Origin: an uncultured Chloroflexia bacterium
Lineage (GTDB): Bacteria > Chloroflexota > Ktedonobacteria > Ktedonobacterales > JADMIN01
NCBI GenBank assembly: GCA_963718915.1
Contig: CAVRAI010000004.1
Coordinates: 270,001-302,000 of the forward strand
Length of the DNA stretch: 32,000 bases
Direction of reading: 5' to 3'
Program-made: the position numbers and the translations under genes
Part shown: positions 19,197-26,972 of the stretch, piece by piece
How positions within the stretch are numbered: position 1 is the first letter of the stretch
How the letters are laid out: every line of letters begins with the position of its first letter
Notes under the pieces: model-generated
Seen by the model: only the letters and a program-made list of their open reading frames with translations
Database searches by the model: none
Told to the model about the DNA's origin: nothing

Positions 19197-19874
19197 ATGA
19201 CGCAAGACGTGCGGTCAGGCAATCGGCAGCAGGGGCCAGGCTCGCCCAGTGTGCTTCGGCCCGGCATGCAAGTGGCTGAGAACCACTCACGCCTACTGCG
19301 CGAGGCGATTGAAACCATTCTCCTGACGCTACTGGTCTTCGCGGTCGTCAAAGTGACGGTTCAGCCCTATCATATTGAAGGTCCCAGCATGGAGCCTGGA
19401 CTGTATACCAACGAGTTTGTCCTGGTCAATCAGCTTGCGTATCGTTTCGGCAGCCCATCACGTGGCGATGTCATCGTCTTCCACCCGCCGAATGACCCCG
19501 GCGAGCAATATATCAAGCGAGTCATTGCGGTTCCTGGTGACACCATCACCGTCACCGCCACGAATGTATGTGTTGATAATGTCAAACTGAGCGAGCCGTA
19601 TATCTATCCGCTGGCGCCAGGCGAGTTTGGCAGCCCTTCTATCCTCACTGACGTCAAGCTCAAGTCGGGACAGTATTTCGTGCTTGGCGATCACCGGGAT
19701 AACAGTACTGATTCACGCGTCTTTGGGCCGGTACCAGCGCAGAATATCATTGGCAAGGCTGAATTCGTCTTCTGGCCGTTTGGCAGCATCCATATGATTG
19801 ATAGCTATCACAGTGTCTTCCAGAGTGTGCATCCCTTGACACAGTCGCAGCCCGACACATGTGGGCAAAGCTGA
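19197..19874 (+). CDS. lepB: Signal peptidase I (S26 family), catalytically intact
   Basis: GPSMEPGL (Ser box), YIKRVIAVPGD (Lys box), GDHRDNSTDSR. GGAGG lies 8 nt before ATG 19197; the track ORF starts at 19182. Confidence 0.88.
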   Translation: MTQDVRSGNRQQGPGSPSVLRPGMQVAENHSRLLREAIETILLTLLVFAVVKVTVQPYHIEGPSMEPGLYTNEFVLVNQLAYRFGSPSRGDVIVFHPPNDPGEQYIKRVIAVPGDTITVTATNVCVDNVKLSEPYIYPLAPGEFGSPSILTDVKLKSGQYFVLGDHRDNSTDSRVFGPVPAQNIIGKAEFVFWPFGSIHMIDSYHSVFQSVHPLTQSQPDTCGQS

Positions 19875-19942
19875 GCGTGACGCCCGATAAATTCTGTATG
19901 GCCCCAGGATCTGTAGACGTTAAGAAATGAGTGGAGAGCGGA

Positions 19943-20557
19943 ATGGCACGACAGTCTCCGGCGCGACCAGTGAACCGCGCCGTCTCGATGCAGCGCGCCC
20001 ACCTGGCACGCGAGCTGGTCGAGACGCTGTTGCTGGTCGGGCTGATCTTCGTGATCGTGCATTTTACGATTCAGTCGTTTAGTGTGGGCGATACCTCGAT
20101 GGGCGCGGCGCTGCAGCCGAATCAGACCGTCCTGATCAACAAGCAAGCCTATCTCTTTGGTGGTCCGAGTCGCGGTGACGTTGTGGTGCTGACCACCGAT
20201 CCCTCCGATCCAAACGCCACGTTTGCCCGGCGGGTTGTTGGCATCCCAGGTGATACGGTCTCTGTCTCGGCAACCTCGATCATCGTCAACGGCGTCGCCC
20301 TCAACGAGCCGTTTATTCAGGTGCCGCCGGGTTCCGCGCAAAACAGCACATTACGCGCTCCGACCAAGCTTGGCCCGAACCAGTATTTTGTCCTGGCGGA
20401 TAATCGTCTGGGAAACGACAGATTTGATTCACGGGGTTTTGGTCCCGTAGCCAGAAGCAACATCATCGGCCGGGCAGTGATGGTCTTCTGGCCGCTGAGC
20501 CAGTTTCACTGGATCGATACGCACTCCGACGACTATTCTAATATCAAGACCCCTTAG
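19943..20557 (+). CDS. Signal peptidase I paralogue with a degenerate catalytic Lys box
   Basis: Same architecture as the upstream gene, but GDTSMGAAL, FARRVVGIPGD (Lys replaced by Arg, codon 20228-20230) and ADNRLGNDRFDSR. GGAGAG lies upstream of ATG 19943. Confidence 0.8.
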   Translation: MARQSPARPVNRAVSMQRAHLARELVETLLLVGLIFVIVHFTIQSFSVGDTSMGAALQPNQTVLINKQAYLFGGPSRGDVVVLTTDPSDPNATFARRVVGIPGDTVSVSATSIIVNGVALNEPFIQVPPGSAQNSTLRAPTKLGPNQYFVLADNRLGNDRFDSRGFGPVARSNIIGRAVMVFWPLSQFHWIDTHSDDYSNIKTP

Positions 20558-20575
20558 CGCGGGAAGGCGCGGCCT

Positions 20576-21511
20576 ATGACACCCCTCATCACCATTGCCG
20601 AATGGACGCTCCTCGGCGTTCTTGTGCTGCTGGGCGGGCTGCTCCTCTTCACCTATCAAATGGCGCGCAAACTGCTCCGGCCCGTGCGCAAGGCGATGGC
20701 GATCACTCCGGAGGTTGTCGGCTTGCGGATGAGTGCGGTGCGGATCCCCAGTCCGCGCGGGATGCTGGCGGGCTGGTATCTGCCCTCGCGCAACGGCTGC
20801 ACGCTGATCTGCTGCCACGGTATCAACGACAACTCCGGGCAGTGGGTCGCGCCAGTGGCGCGGTTGCACGCGCGCGGCGGCTATGGCGCGTTGCTCTTCG
20901 ATTTTTCCGGGCACGGCCAGAGCGAGGGCAATCAGGTGACGTATGGCATTCGCGAGCGCCAGGATGTGACGGCGGCCATCGAGTATCTGCGCCAGCGGGG
21001 CGACGTGAACATGGAACGGCTGGCCATCCTCGGCAACTCGCTTGGCGCGATTACCGCAGTGATGTCCGCGGCGGAGCATCCTGAACTGGGCGCGGTGGTT
21101 CTCGAAAGCGGCTTCTCCGACCTCCACCATGATATCGCCAGGATCTTCGCCCGCTACACTGGCCTGCCCGCATTCCCCTTCGTGCGCCTCGTGATCTTCT
21201 GGGGCCAGCGCATTGCCCATGTTCGTCTGTCCGAGGTCCGCCCGGCGCGGATCATCGGCAGTCTTGCCCCGCGCCCGGTGCTCATCATCTCTGATCTGCG
21301 CGATGCCCTCGCCGACGAGCCATACGATGGTGAATATCTCTATCGGGCCGCTGGTAGCCCCAAGGAACTGTGGCAGGTCGCCGAAGCCACCCATGTCAAT
21401 GCGTTTGGCGTCGATCCAGCGGCATGGAGCGACCGTGTGGGCAACTTCCTGGATACATACTTCGCCACATCTGCCACGTCTGTCGAGCGTTCTGGCGGAC
21501 AGCCGCACTGA
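20576..21511 (+). CDS. Membrane-anchored alpha/beta hydrolase (COG1073-like)
   Basis: N-terminal TM helix (WTLLGVLVLLGGLLLF). GNSLGA nucleophile elbow, SDLRD and ATH as the likely triad. Confidence 0.75.
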   Translation: MTPLITIAEWTLLGVLVLLGGLLLFTYQMARKLLRPVRKAMAITPEVVGLRMSAVRIPSPRGMLAGWYLPSRNGCTLICCHGINDNSGQWVAPVARLHARGGYGALLFDFSGHGQSEGNQVTYGIRERQDVTAAIEYLRQRGDVNMERLAILGNSLGAITAVMSAAEHPELGAVVLESGFSDLHHDIARIFARYTGLPAFPFVRLVIFWGQRIAHVRLSEVRPARIIGSLAPRPVLIISDLRDALADEPYDGEYLYRAAGSPKELWQVAEATHVNAFGVDPAAWSDRVGNFLDTYFATSATSVERSGGQPH

Positions 21512-21591
21512 AGCCGATTGCCACGTAATGCGCCTTCCACGCGCCAGGCGGTATACTCAGGTACTGGCCAAACGAGGAGGGGGAAATTGTC

Positions 21592-22434
21592 ATGCCTGAA
21601 TTGCCCGAAGTTGAGTATGTTGCCCGGCAGTTGCGCGAGGCGTTAGTCGGGTCGCGTATCACACGAACCGAGGTATTGTGGCCGCGCGCCGTCAGCCGGA
21701 TGACCCCTGAGGCGCTTATTGCGCGGCTGACCGGCAGGCGCGTGCTGGCGGTGGGGAGACGAGCGAAATACCTCGTGCTGACGCTCGATAGCGGCGAATC
21801 GGTCGTGATTCACCGCCGCATGTCGGGCAATCTGCGGCTGGCGCGCGCCGATGAGGACGCCCCCTATACGCGCGTGGCGTTCCTGTTGAGTAATGGCCGC
21901 CGATTGCTCTTCACCGACCCACGCAAGTTTGGGCGCATTACCGTGGTGACCCCCGATGAGCTGCCCGCGCTCTTCGGTCGGCTTGGCCCGGAGCCACTCG
22001 ATACTGATTTCACGCCCGAAGTGCTGGCACAGCGGCTCGGCAGAAGTAGCCGGGCCATCAAAGTGGCGCTACTCGATCAGTCGGTGGTGGCGGGCTTGGG
22101 CAATATCTACGCGGACGAGGCGCTCTTTCGCGCGCGGATCCATCCGCTGCGGTCGGCGTCGTCACTGACCCCTGACGAAATCACTGCACTGCACGAGGGG
22201 ATTCAGTCGGCGCTGCGGACGGGCATCGAGCATGGTGGCACGACATTTGGGCGTCATCGCGGCCTCTATGACGAGCCTGGCAGCAACCTGGAGCATGTGC
22301 AGGTCTACCAACGCACCGGTCAACCATGCCTGCGCTGTGGCGCCCCCATCGAGCGCATCCGCGTCGCCCAGCGAAGCGCACACTTCTGCCCGCAGTGCCA
22401 GCCTGCCCCTGAGGCAGCCGTTGCCGAGTTGTGA
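21592..22434 (+). CDS. mutM: Formamidopyrimidine-DNA glycosylase
   Basis: MPELPEVE N-terminus, C-terminal zinc finger CLRCGAPI...FCPQCQ, GAGGAGGGGG RBS. Confidence 0.92.
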   Translation: MPELPEVEYVARQLREALVGSRITRTEVLWPRAVSRMTPEALIARLTGRRVLAVGRRAKYLVLTLDSGESVVIHRRMSGNLRLARADEDAPYTRVAFLLSNGRRLLFTDPRKFGRITVVTPDELPALFGRLGPEPLDTDFTPEVLAQRLGRSSRAIKVALLDQSVVAGLGNIYADEALFRARIHPLRSASSLTPDEITALHEGIQSALRTGIEHGGTTFGRHRGLYDEPGSNLEHVQVYQRTGQPCLRCGAPIERIRVAQRSAHFCPQCQPAPEAAVAEL

Positions 22435-22461
22435 CACCATAGCGGCGGCTTCTTGCTTGCC

Positions 22462-23001
22462 CTACGGCCCGACGGTTGGCGTGTCCGTGGGTGGCGCGGT
22501 AGTTGGCGTTGGAGCGGTATTCACCCCTGGCGTAAAGAACGTCTGCGCAGGCGGAGCGCCGGGATAATTCGTCGTGACATTCACTTGCACGGGCTGACCC
22601 GGGTCCGGGTCGTTGAAGCTGAAGGTCACGGTCGCGTACCCATCGGCGCCAGTGCGCGCGGTGAATTGCTGACTGATCGGGCTACCAACACTCACAGTCA
22701 CCTGAACTCCCGCGGGCGGCGGATGGCTTGGCCCTTGCATCGACTGGTCCTGCACCCGGCAGACGACGTAGATGGTGACGGTGTCGTTCAGGTTCGGGGA
22801 GAAGTTCGATGGCCACGCGCCAACGGTGAATCCCGGAAACTTGGGCGTCGGCGTCAGATTGGAGGTATTGGGCGTCGGAATGAGGATAGTATTGCCCCCA
22901 CTCGAATTCGCGGAGCTAGGTGTCTGGCAGGCAACCAGAGAGACCGCGATAATGCCGAGGGCAATCATCAGCAGCGCAAATCGTTTTGCCTGGACAGGCA
23001 T
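22462..23001 (-). CDS. Lipoprotein of unknown function with a Pro/Thr-rich C-terminus
   Basis: MPVQAKRFALLMIALGIIAVSLVAC is a signal peptide with the lipobox LVAC. GGGAAGGA lies upstream of ATG 23001. The internal TGADGYATVTFSF is typical of Ig-like beta-sandwich domains. Confidence 0.55.
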   Translation of the reverse strand: MPVQAKRFALLMIALGIIAVSLVACQTPSSANSSGGNTILIPTPNTSNLTPTPKFPGFTVGAWPSNFSPNLNDTVTIYVVCRVQDQSMQGPSHPPPAGVQVTVSVGSPISQQFTARTGADGYATVTFSFNDPDPGQPVQVNVTTNYPGAPPAQTFFTPGVNTAPTPTTAPPTDTPTVGP

Positions 23002-23340
23002 GATCCTTCCCTCACTTCTATCCCAATGAGTATCATGCGCATACTTCGCATACATACAGAGGCAATGCCAGAATATTCTTCAATGCTATGAGAATAACGC
23101 GAACGCGGACATGCCGACCCGAGACAGTATAGCAGCCCGTGAAAACGAGAGGCAAGACGCGGGCCAATCGGGCTAGATGCCCGACCGCGAAACAGGTCCC
23201 GTAGCAACCACAGTACGATGTCATTCTCTCAATTGCTGAAGAGATTCCAATCGAGCGCTCTTGCCGCGCGGTGTACTTGCGTGCTATATGTTATGTCATA
23301 GTGCGCCTGGCAGGTGTAGTCAGCGGATGTCGAGGAGTCC

Positions 23341-24108
23341 ATGGGTCAGTCAGGGTCTGGAGGGAGCGCGCAAGATGGCGAGTCGGGCGAGCACGTTGAT
23401 GCGCGCCTCGATTTCGACCGCGAAACGCGCAAAGGGATTCCAGAAATTGTACTGGCAGAGGTGAAAACCGACGAGCAGGTGCTCTCCATTGTGCGGGCGT
23501 TTGTCGCAACAAATGGTCGAGCGGTGGTGACGCGCCTGCGAGCAGCGACACTGGCTCTTCTTCAAACTGAGTTCCCTGGACGTGTGGATGCGCGACCGGT
23601 TGCCCGCGCGGCCGCGATCCATACGCCTGATTACAAACGCCCACAGACTGGGGGGCATGTTGGCATCCTGACCGCAGGCACCAGTGATATTCCCGTTGCC
23701 GAAGAAGCACGGCTGGTGATCGAAGAGATGGGATGCCATGTGACTACGCTCTTTGATGTGGGCGTGGCGGGATTACATCGCCTGCTTTCGCCGCTGCGCG
23801 AGCTACTGGCCAGCGATGTCGCGGTGCTGGTGGTATGCGCGGGGATGGATGGCGCACTGCCGAGTGTCGTCTCGGGGCTTTCGCCAGTGCCAGTGATTGG
23901 TGTTCCCACCTCCATTGGCTATGGCGCGGGCGGGAAGGGGCGCGCTGCGTTGCTGGCGATGCTGCAAACGTGTGCGCCGGGACTGACCGTCGTCAATATC
24001 GACAACGGAGCCGGGGCCGGAGCCACCGCTGCTCTCATCGCCAATCGTCTTGCGACTGCCCGACAGGCTGCTCTCCGCGATGCATCAGATCGGTCTGGGG
24101 AGGAGTGA
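23341..24108 (+). CDS. larB: Nickel-pincer cofactor biosynthesis protein LarB (PurE-like carboxylase/hydrolase)
   Basis: DFDRETRKGIPEIV, ILTAGTSDIPVAEEA, DVGVAGLHRLL, CAGMDGALPSVVSGL, VIGVPTSIGYG, VVNIDNGAGAG. Confidence 0.85.
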   Translation: MGQSGSGGSAQDGESGEHVDARLDFDRETRKGIPEIVLAEVKTDEQVLSIVRAFVATNGRAVVTRLRAATLALLQTEFPGRVDARPVARAAAIHTPDYKRPQTGGHVGILTAGTSDIPVAEEARLVIEEMGCHVTTLFDVGVAGLHRLLSPLRELLASDVAVLVVCAGMDGALPSVVSGLSPVPVIGVPTSIGYGAGGKGRAALLAMLQTCAPGLTVVNIDNGAGAGATAALIANRLATARQAALRDASDRSGEE

Positions 24109-24336
24109 CGCATAAGCGTCGTATGGGAGCGTCGGGTGGTGGTCTGTCGGTTAACTGCATCACAGTGTCTTCCTGCATAGCGCGTAATACACGCGGGCTG
24201 GCGTGAATCCTGCAAGTAGGCAGGATAAATTGCCGCCGACCGCTGATCTCTCTCTTCGGCGGGAGGGGAAGCAGGTCGTGGCAAAGAGTCGTTTTCCAGA
24301 GCGCAACAACTGTTGAGAAGCAAAGAGGTGCAAACA

Positions 24337-24615
24337 ATGGCAGCCAGCAAGCGAGGACCAGAACCCGGTTCCGACAAGGCTAAACACGGTGGCCAGGCGG
24401 TTCGTGAGAAGTATGGGCCTGAGTTCTACTCCCGTATTGGCAAAAAAGGCGGCGAGGCCGTCAAGCAGAAGCTCGGCTCATCTTTCTATGCGGAGATTGG
24501 CAAGAAGGGCGGCGAGTCAACCAAGCGTCAACAGGGCGCCGAGTTCTACTCCCGCATCGGCAAGAAGGGCGGCGAGCGTGGCCGCGGTACCCCCAAGCAG
24601 CAGCGTAGCCACTAA
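24337..24615 (+). CDS. KGG-repeat general stress protein (YciG/GsiB-like)
   Basis: Three FY(S/A)xIGKKGGE repeats. AAGAGGTG lies 6 nt before ATG 24337. Confidence 0.8.
   Translation: MAASKRGPEPGSDKAKHGGQAVREKYGPEFYSRIGKKGGEAVKQKLGSSFYAEIGKKGGESTKRQQGAEFYSRIGKKGGERGRGTPKQQRSH
24421..24600 (+). repeat. Three 60-bp tandem repeats encoding the KGG motif
   Basis: gagttctactcccgtattggcaaaaaaggcggcgag (24421-24456) and gagttctactcccgcatcggcaagaagggcggcgag (24541-24576), with a diverged middle copy at 24481-24516. Confidence 0.85.
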
Positions 24616-24950
24616 GACGTATCTCGCCCTATGAACAACGCAGAACATCGCTTCAAGAGACGGCGTCGGATCGAACTGGCGTCGTCTCTTGCTGTGATTG
24701 CGTGCCCCGCTCTCTATCCGTGGTAAACAGCACGCGCAAAATAGCATGTCGGCGCTGTGCTATTTGTCCAATATCCTCCTCCGAAAAACTCCTTCTTTAC
24801 GGCTGGCCTGTTTCCTGTACAATGGGTGCTACATCGACACGGCGTCAATGTCGCTGGCTAGCATGAGTCTGCCGGGCCAGTTCGTCCCTCTCACGTCGGA
24901 GCGCAATGGAGCGCTTCGCCTCAGTGCATGAGTTCTTGGAGGTCTGTCAC

Positions 24951-25352
24951 ATGGGACATCGTAGCGCGCATTACTTCCTGTGGTTCATCTTGTTTGGTCT
25001 TATCGCTGGCGCTGCCAATCTTTTCAGCGTGGACCATTCAATCGCTTCGTCGGAGGCCATCTGGCTCTTGGTCAGTGGTGTGTTGGGTATTCTGGTCACG
25101 CAGAAGTGGCTCAACGATGGTAAGTTCGCCCAGATCTACGATTTCATTATTGGCGTCATCTTCACACTAGTGGGCTTGGTGGGTGTTCTCCAGAAATTCG
25201 CCCCTGATCTCGTCTCGGGCCTTGGATCGCTGCCTGGAGGGCTGGTCACCAAGACTACTATTATTGGGTTGAGTCTAGGGTTGCTGCCAGGGATCGTCCA
25301 TCTGGTGCTGGGACTCCAATCGCTGAATCACGGATTGCGTAGCGGGAAATAG
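24951..25352 (+). CDS. Small polytopic membrane protein (possibly DUF4383-like)
   Basis: About four TM helices and IVHLVLGL near the C-terminus. GGAGG lies 8 nt before ATG 24951. Confidence 0.45.
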   Translation: MGHRSAHYFLWFILFGLIAGAANLFSVDHSIASSEAIWLLVSGVLGILVTQKWLNDGKFAQIYDFIIGVIFTLVGLVGVLQKFAPDLVSGLGSLPGGLVTKTTIIGLSLGLLPGIVHLVLGLQSLNHGLRSGK

Positions 25353-25478
25353 GATACGACGCAATCCGCGCCGGGGGTGCTGGCACACAGACATCTCCTG
25401 GTCTCCGACTGCCCTCACCTATGCATGAGAGGGTGAGAGGGTGAGAGGCTGAGCGCTTGCTTGGCCTCTCTAGCCTAC

Positions 25479-25844
25479 TTAAGGGTAAGGCACGCTCCAC
25501 CTATAGCCACATAGGTTGCACTCATAATCTAAATGATCTGGCTCCTTCCAAATACCGATGCCTTCTCCAGATGTCTTGTATCCTCCACAGTTTGAGCAAC
25601 GAAGTCCTCCACCATGCCGCACCCATTTCCTCGAAATGATCAGAGTTGGAATAATCAAGAATGGGCCAAAAGCAAACAATCCGAGAAGAATATTTGCCCA
25701 GCCCAAGCCGGTATGGCCCGACCTGAAAGCGACAATAGCCCCGATTATAGCCGTACCGGCTTCCAGTGCTACCACGGCAACAACTTGGCCAGCATCAGTG
25801 TCCGCCAGAACCAAGGAATGCAGCACGTCGTATCTCTCTTTCAA
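25479..25844 (-). CDS. Membrane-anchored zinc-ribbon protein of unknown function
   Basis: Two TM helices (VVAVVALEAGTAIIGAIVAF and ILLGLFAFGPFLIIPTLII), then C83xxC86-x22-C109xxC112. TTG start as tracked; GTG at codon 7 is an alternative. Low-GC codon usage. Confidence 0.45.
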   Translation of the reverse strand: MKERYDVLHSLVLADTDAGQVVAVVALEAGTAIIGAIVAFRSGHTGLGWANILLGLFAFGPFLIIPTLIISRKWVRHGGGLRCSNCGGYKTSGEGIGIWKEPDHLDYECNLCGYRWSVPYP

Positions 25845-26024
25845 CTTGCATACTATAAGCGAACAAATGATATCACAATTGTAACATTGACGCTAGAGTG
25901 TCGCTAACACTTAGAAACTATACGAGAAGGCATGTCTTCAGCGCGCGTGCCGACCCCAGAAGTAGCGAATTATCAGGGATTTGCGGTGGCTTTTCATACA
26001 GTTTCAAGAAAACTCGCACATGGG

Positions 26025-26696
26025 TTACGTTGACTTAATGATTCGGACGAGTTCAGCCGAGTAGTAATTGCGATCGGTGTGGTCTACTATGCGAACACAT
26101 CTTGCAGTATAGTACTCGCCACTCCCGATGTTGACGACCCTAACTTTGGTTGCCTTATAAGAATTTGCGTCATAAGGGCTATCAACGACACGGATAGGAT
26201 CGGCAGAATAGTAATTCCAATCGCCTAATTTTACGATGCGCACAGGTTTTGCGCTTAGCCACTCGCTCTGATATCCACCTCCTCCATATCCATATCCAGA
26301 TGCTATGCTGGTGGCGGGCCGAGGCGGTGCCAACTTCCGCCTAGCATATATGATAGCAAACACAGCAGGAACTGAGCGGAAGCCGAGATATAAAGAAGGA
26401 GCGACAGCAAGTCCAAACCTTGATGTTAAGGCAAAAACACCGGTAGCGACAAGGAAGAAAGTCGCTGCCCAGAGCCAGTCGCGACGAATTGATGAGACAA
26501 TGAACCCAAGAAGGGCGATAACAAAATCCAACAGAAGGCGTTCGGGAAGCAGCATGAGTTCATAGATCTCCCCGATGCGAAGGAATCCCATGCCCACTAT
26601 CATTACTATGATGGAGACACAGACCCACGCGAGCCCCAATACAAGCAGAAGTTTCAGCATATTCCGTTGCAACTTGCCCATTCTCAGTTCTCCCAC
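26025..26696 (-). CDS. Four-TM membrane protein with a C-terminal array of novel 16-17-aa repeats
   Basis: Four hydrophobic helices and a GYGYGGGGY linker. Then AKPVRIVKLGDWNYYS / ADPIRVVDSPYDANSYK / ATKVRVVNIGSGEYYT / ARCVRIVDHTDRNYYS / AELVRIIKST. GGGAGAA RBS. Confidence 0.5.
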   Translation of the reverse strand: MGELRMGKLQRNMLKLLLVLGLAWVCVSIIVMIVGMGFLRIGEIYELMLLPERLLLDFVIALLGFIVSSIRRDWLWAATFFLVATGVFALTSRFGLAVAPSLYLGFRSVPAVFAIIYARRKLAPPRPATSIASGYGYGGGGYQSEWLSAKPVRIVKLGDWNYYSADPIRVVDSPYDANSYKATKVRVVNIGSGEYYTARCVRIVDHTDRNYYSAELVRIIKST

Positions 26697-26887
26697 TTCG
26701 CCTCGATACGTTGAGAATTCCTACTGCACGGCAGACGTCGCCACTCTGATATCAGGACGTTGCCAAATACGCTAATTGTATCGTCAGTTTCCTATTTCCC
26801 CGCCATTAATTCTCATCTTCAAATCACAAATGTCAATAGCGAATTTGCAGCGTTACTGTAGAGACGGTATAGCAACATAGCCGTATT

Positions 26888-26932
26888 GAAATCTCAAACG
26901 CCCCTTCCGACCAGCTTGGTCAAGAAGGGGCG
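26888..26932 (-). terminator. Rho-independent-type terminator downstream of etfD
   Basis: 9-bp perfect stem CGCCCCTTC/GAAGGGGCG (26899-26907 with 26924-26932) enclosing an inner GACCA/TGGTC stem. On the minus strand it is followed by TTTGAGATTT. Confidence 0.55.
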
Positions 26933-26972
26933 CACATCTATGGTGCGTCGGGTTTGCACCGAGCCTATTAGG

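Noticed and set aside
18880-19200. 106-aa ORF spanning the hairpin-rich intergenic region
   Set aside because: It has no RBS, its composition is driven by the GC-rich palindromes, and it runs into the lepB start region.
20429-21508. 359-aa minus-strand ORF
   Set aside because: It lies antisense to the alpha/beta hydrolase gene, which has a clear GxSxG/Asp/His triad and a TM anchor. The antisense ORF has no recognisable motifs.
24421-24600. Regular 60-bp repeats as a possible CRISPR-like array
   Set aside because: The repeats are contiguous, with no unique spacers, lie in frame, and encode the known KGG stress-protein motif.
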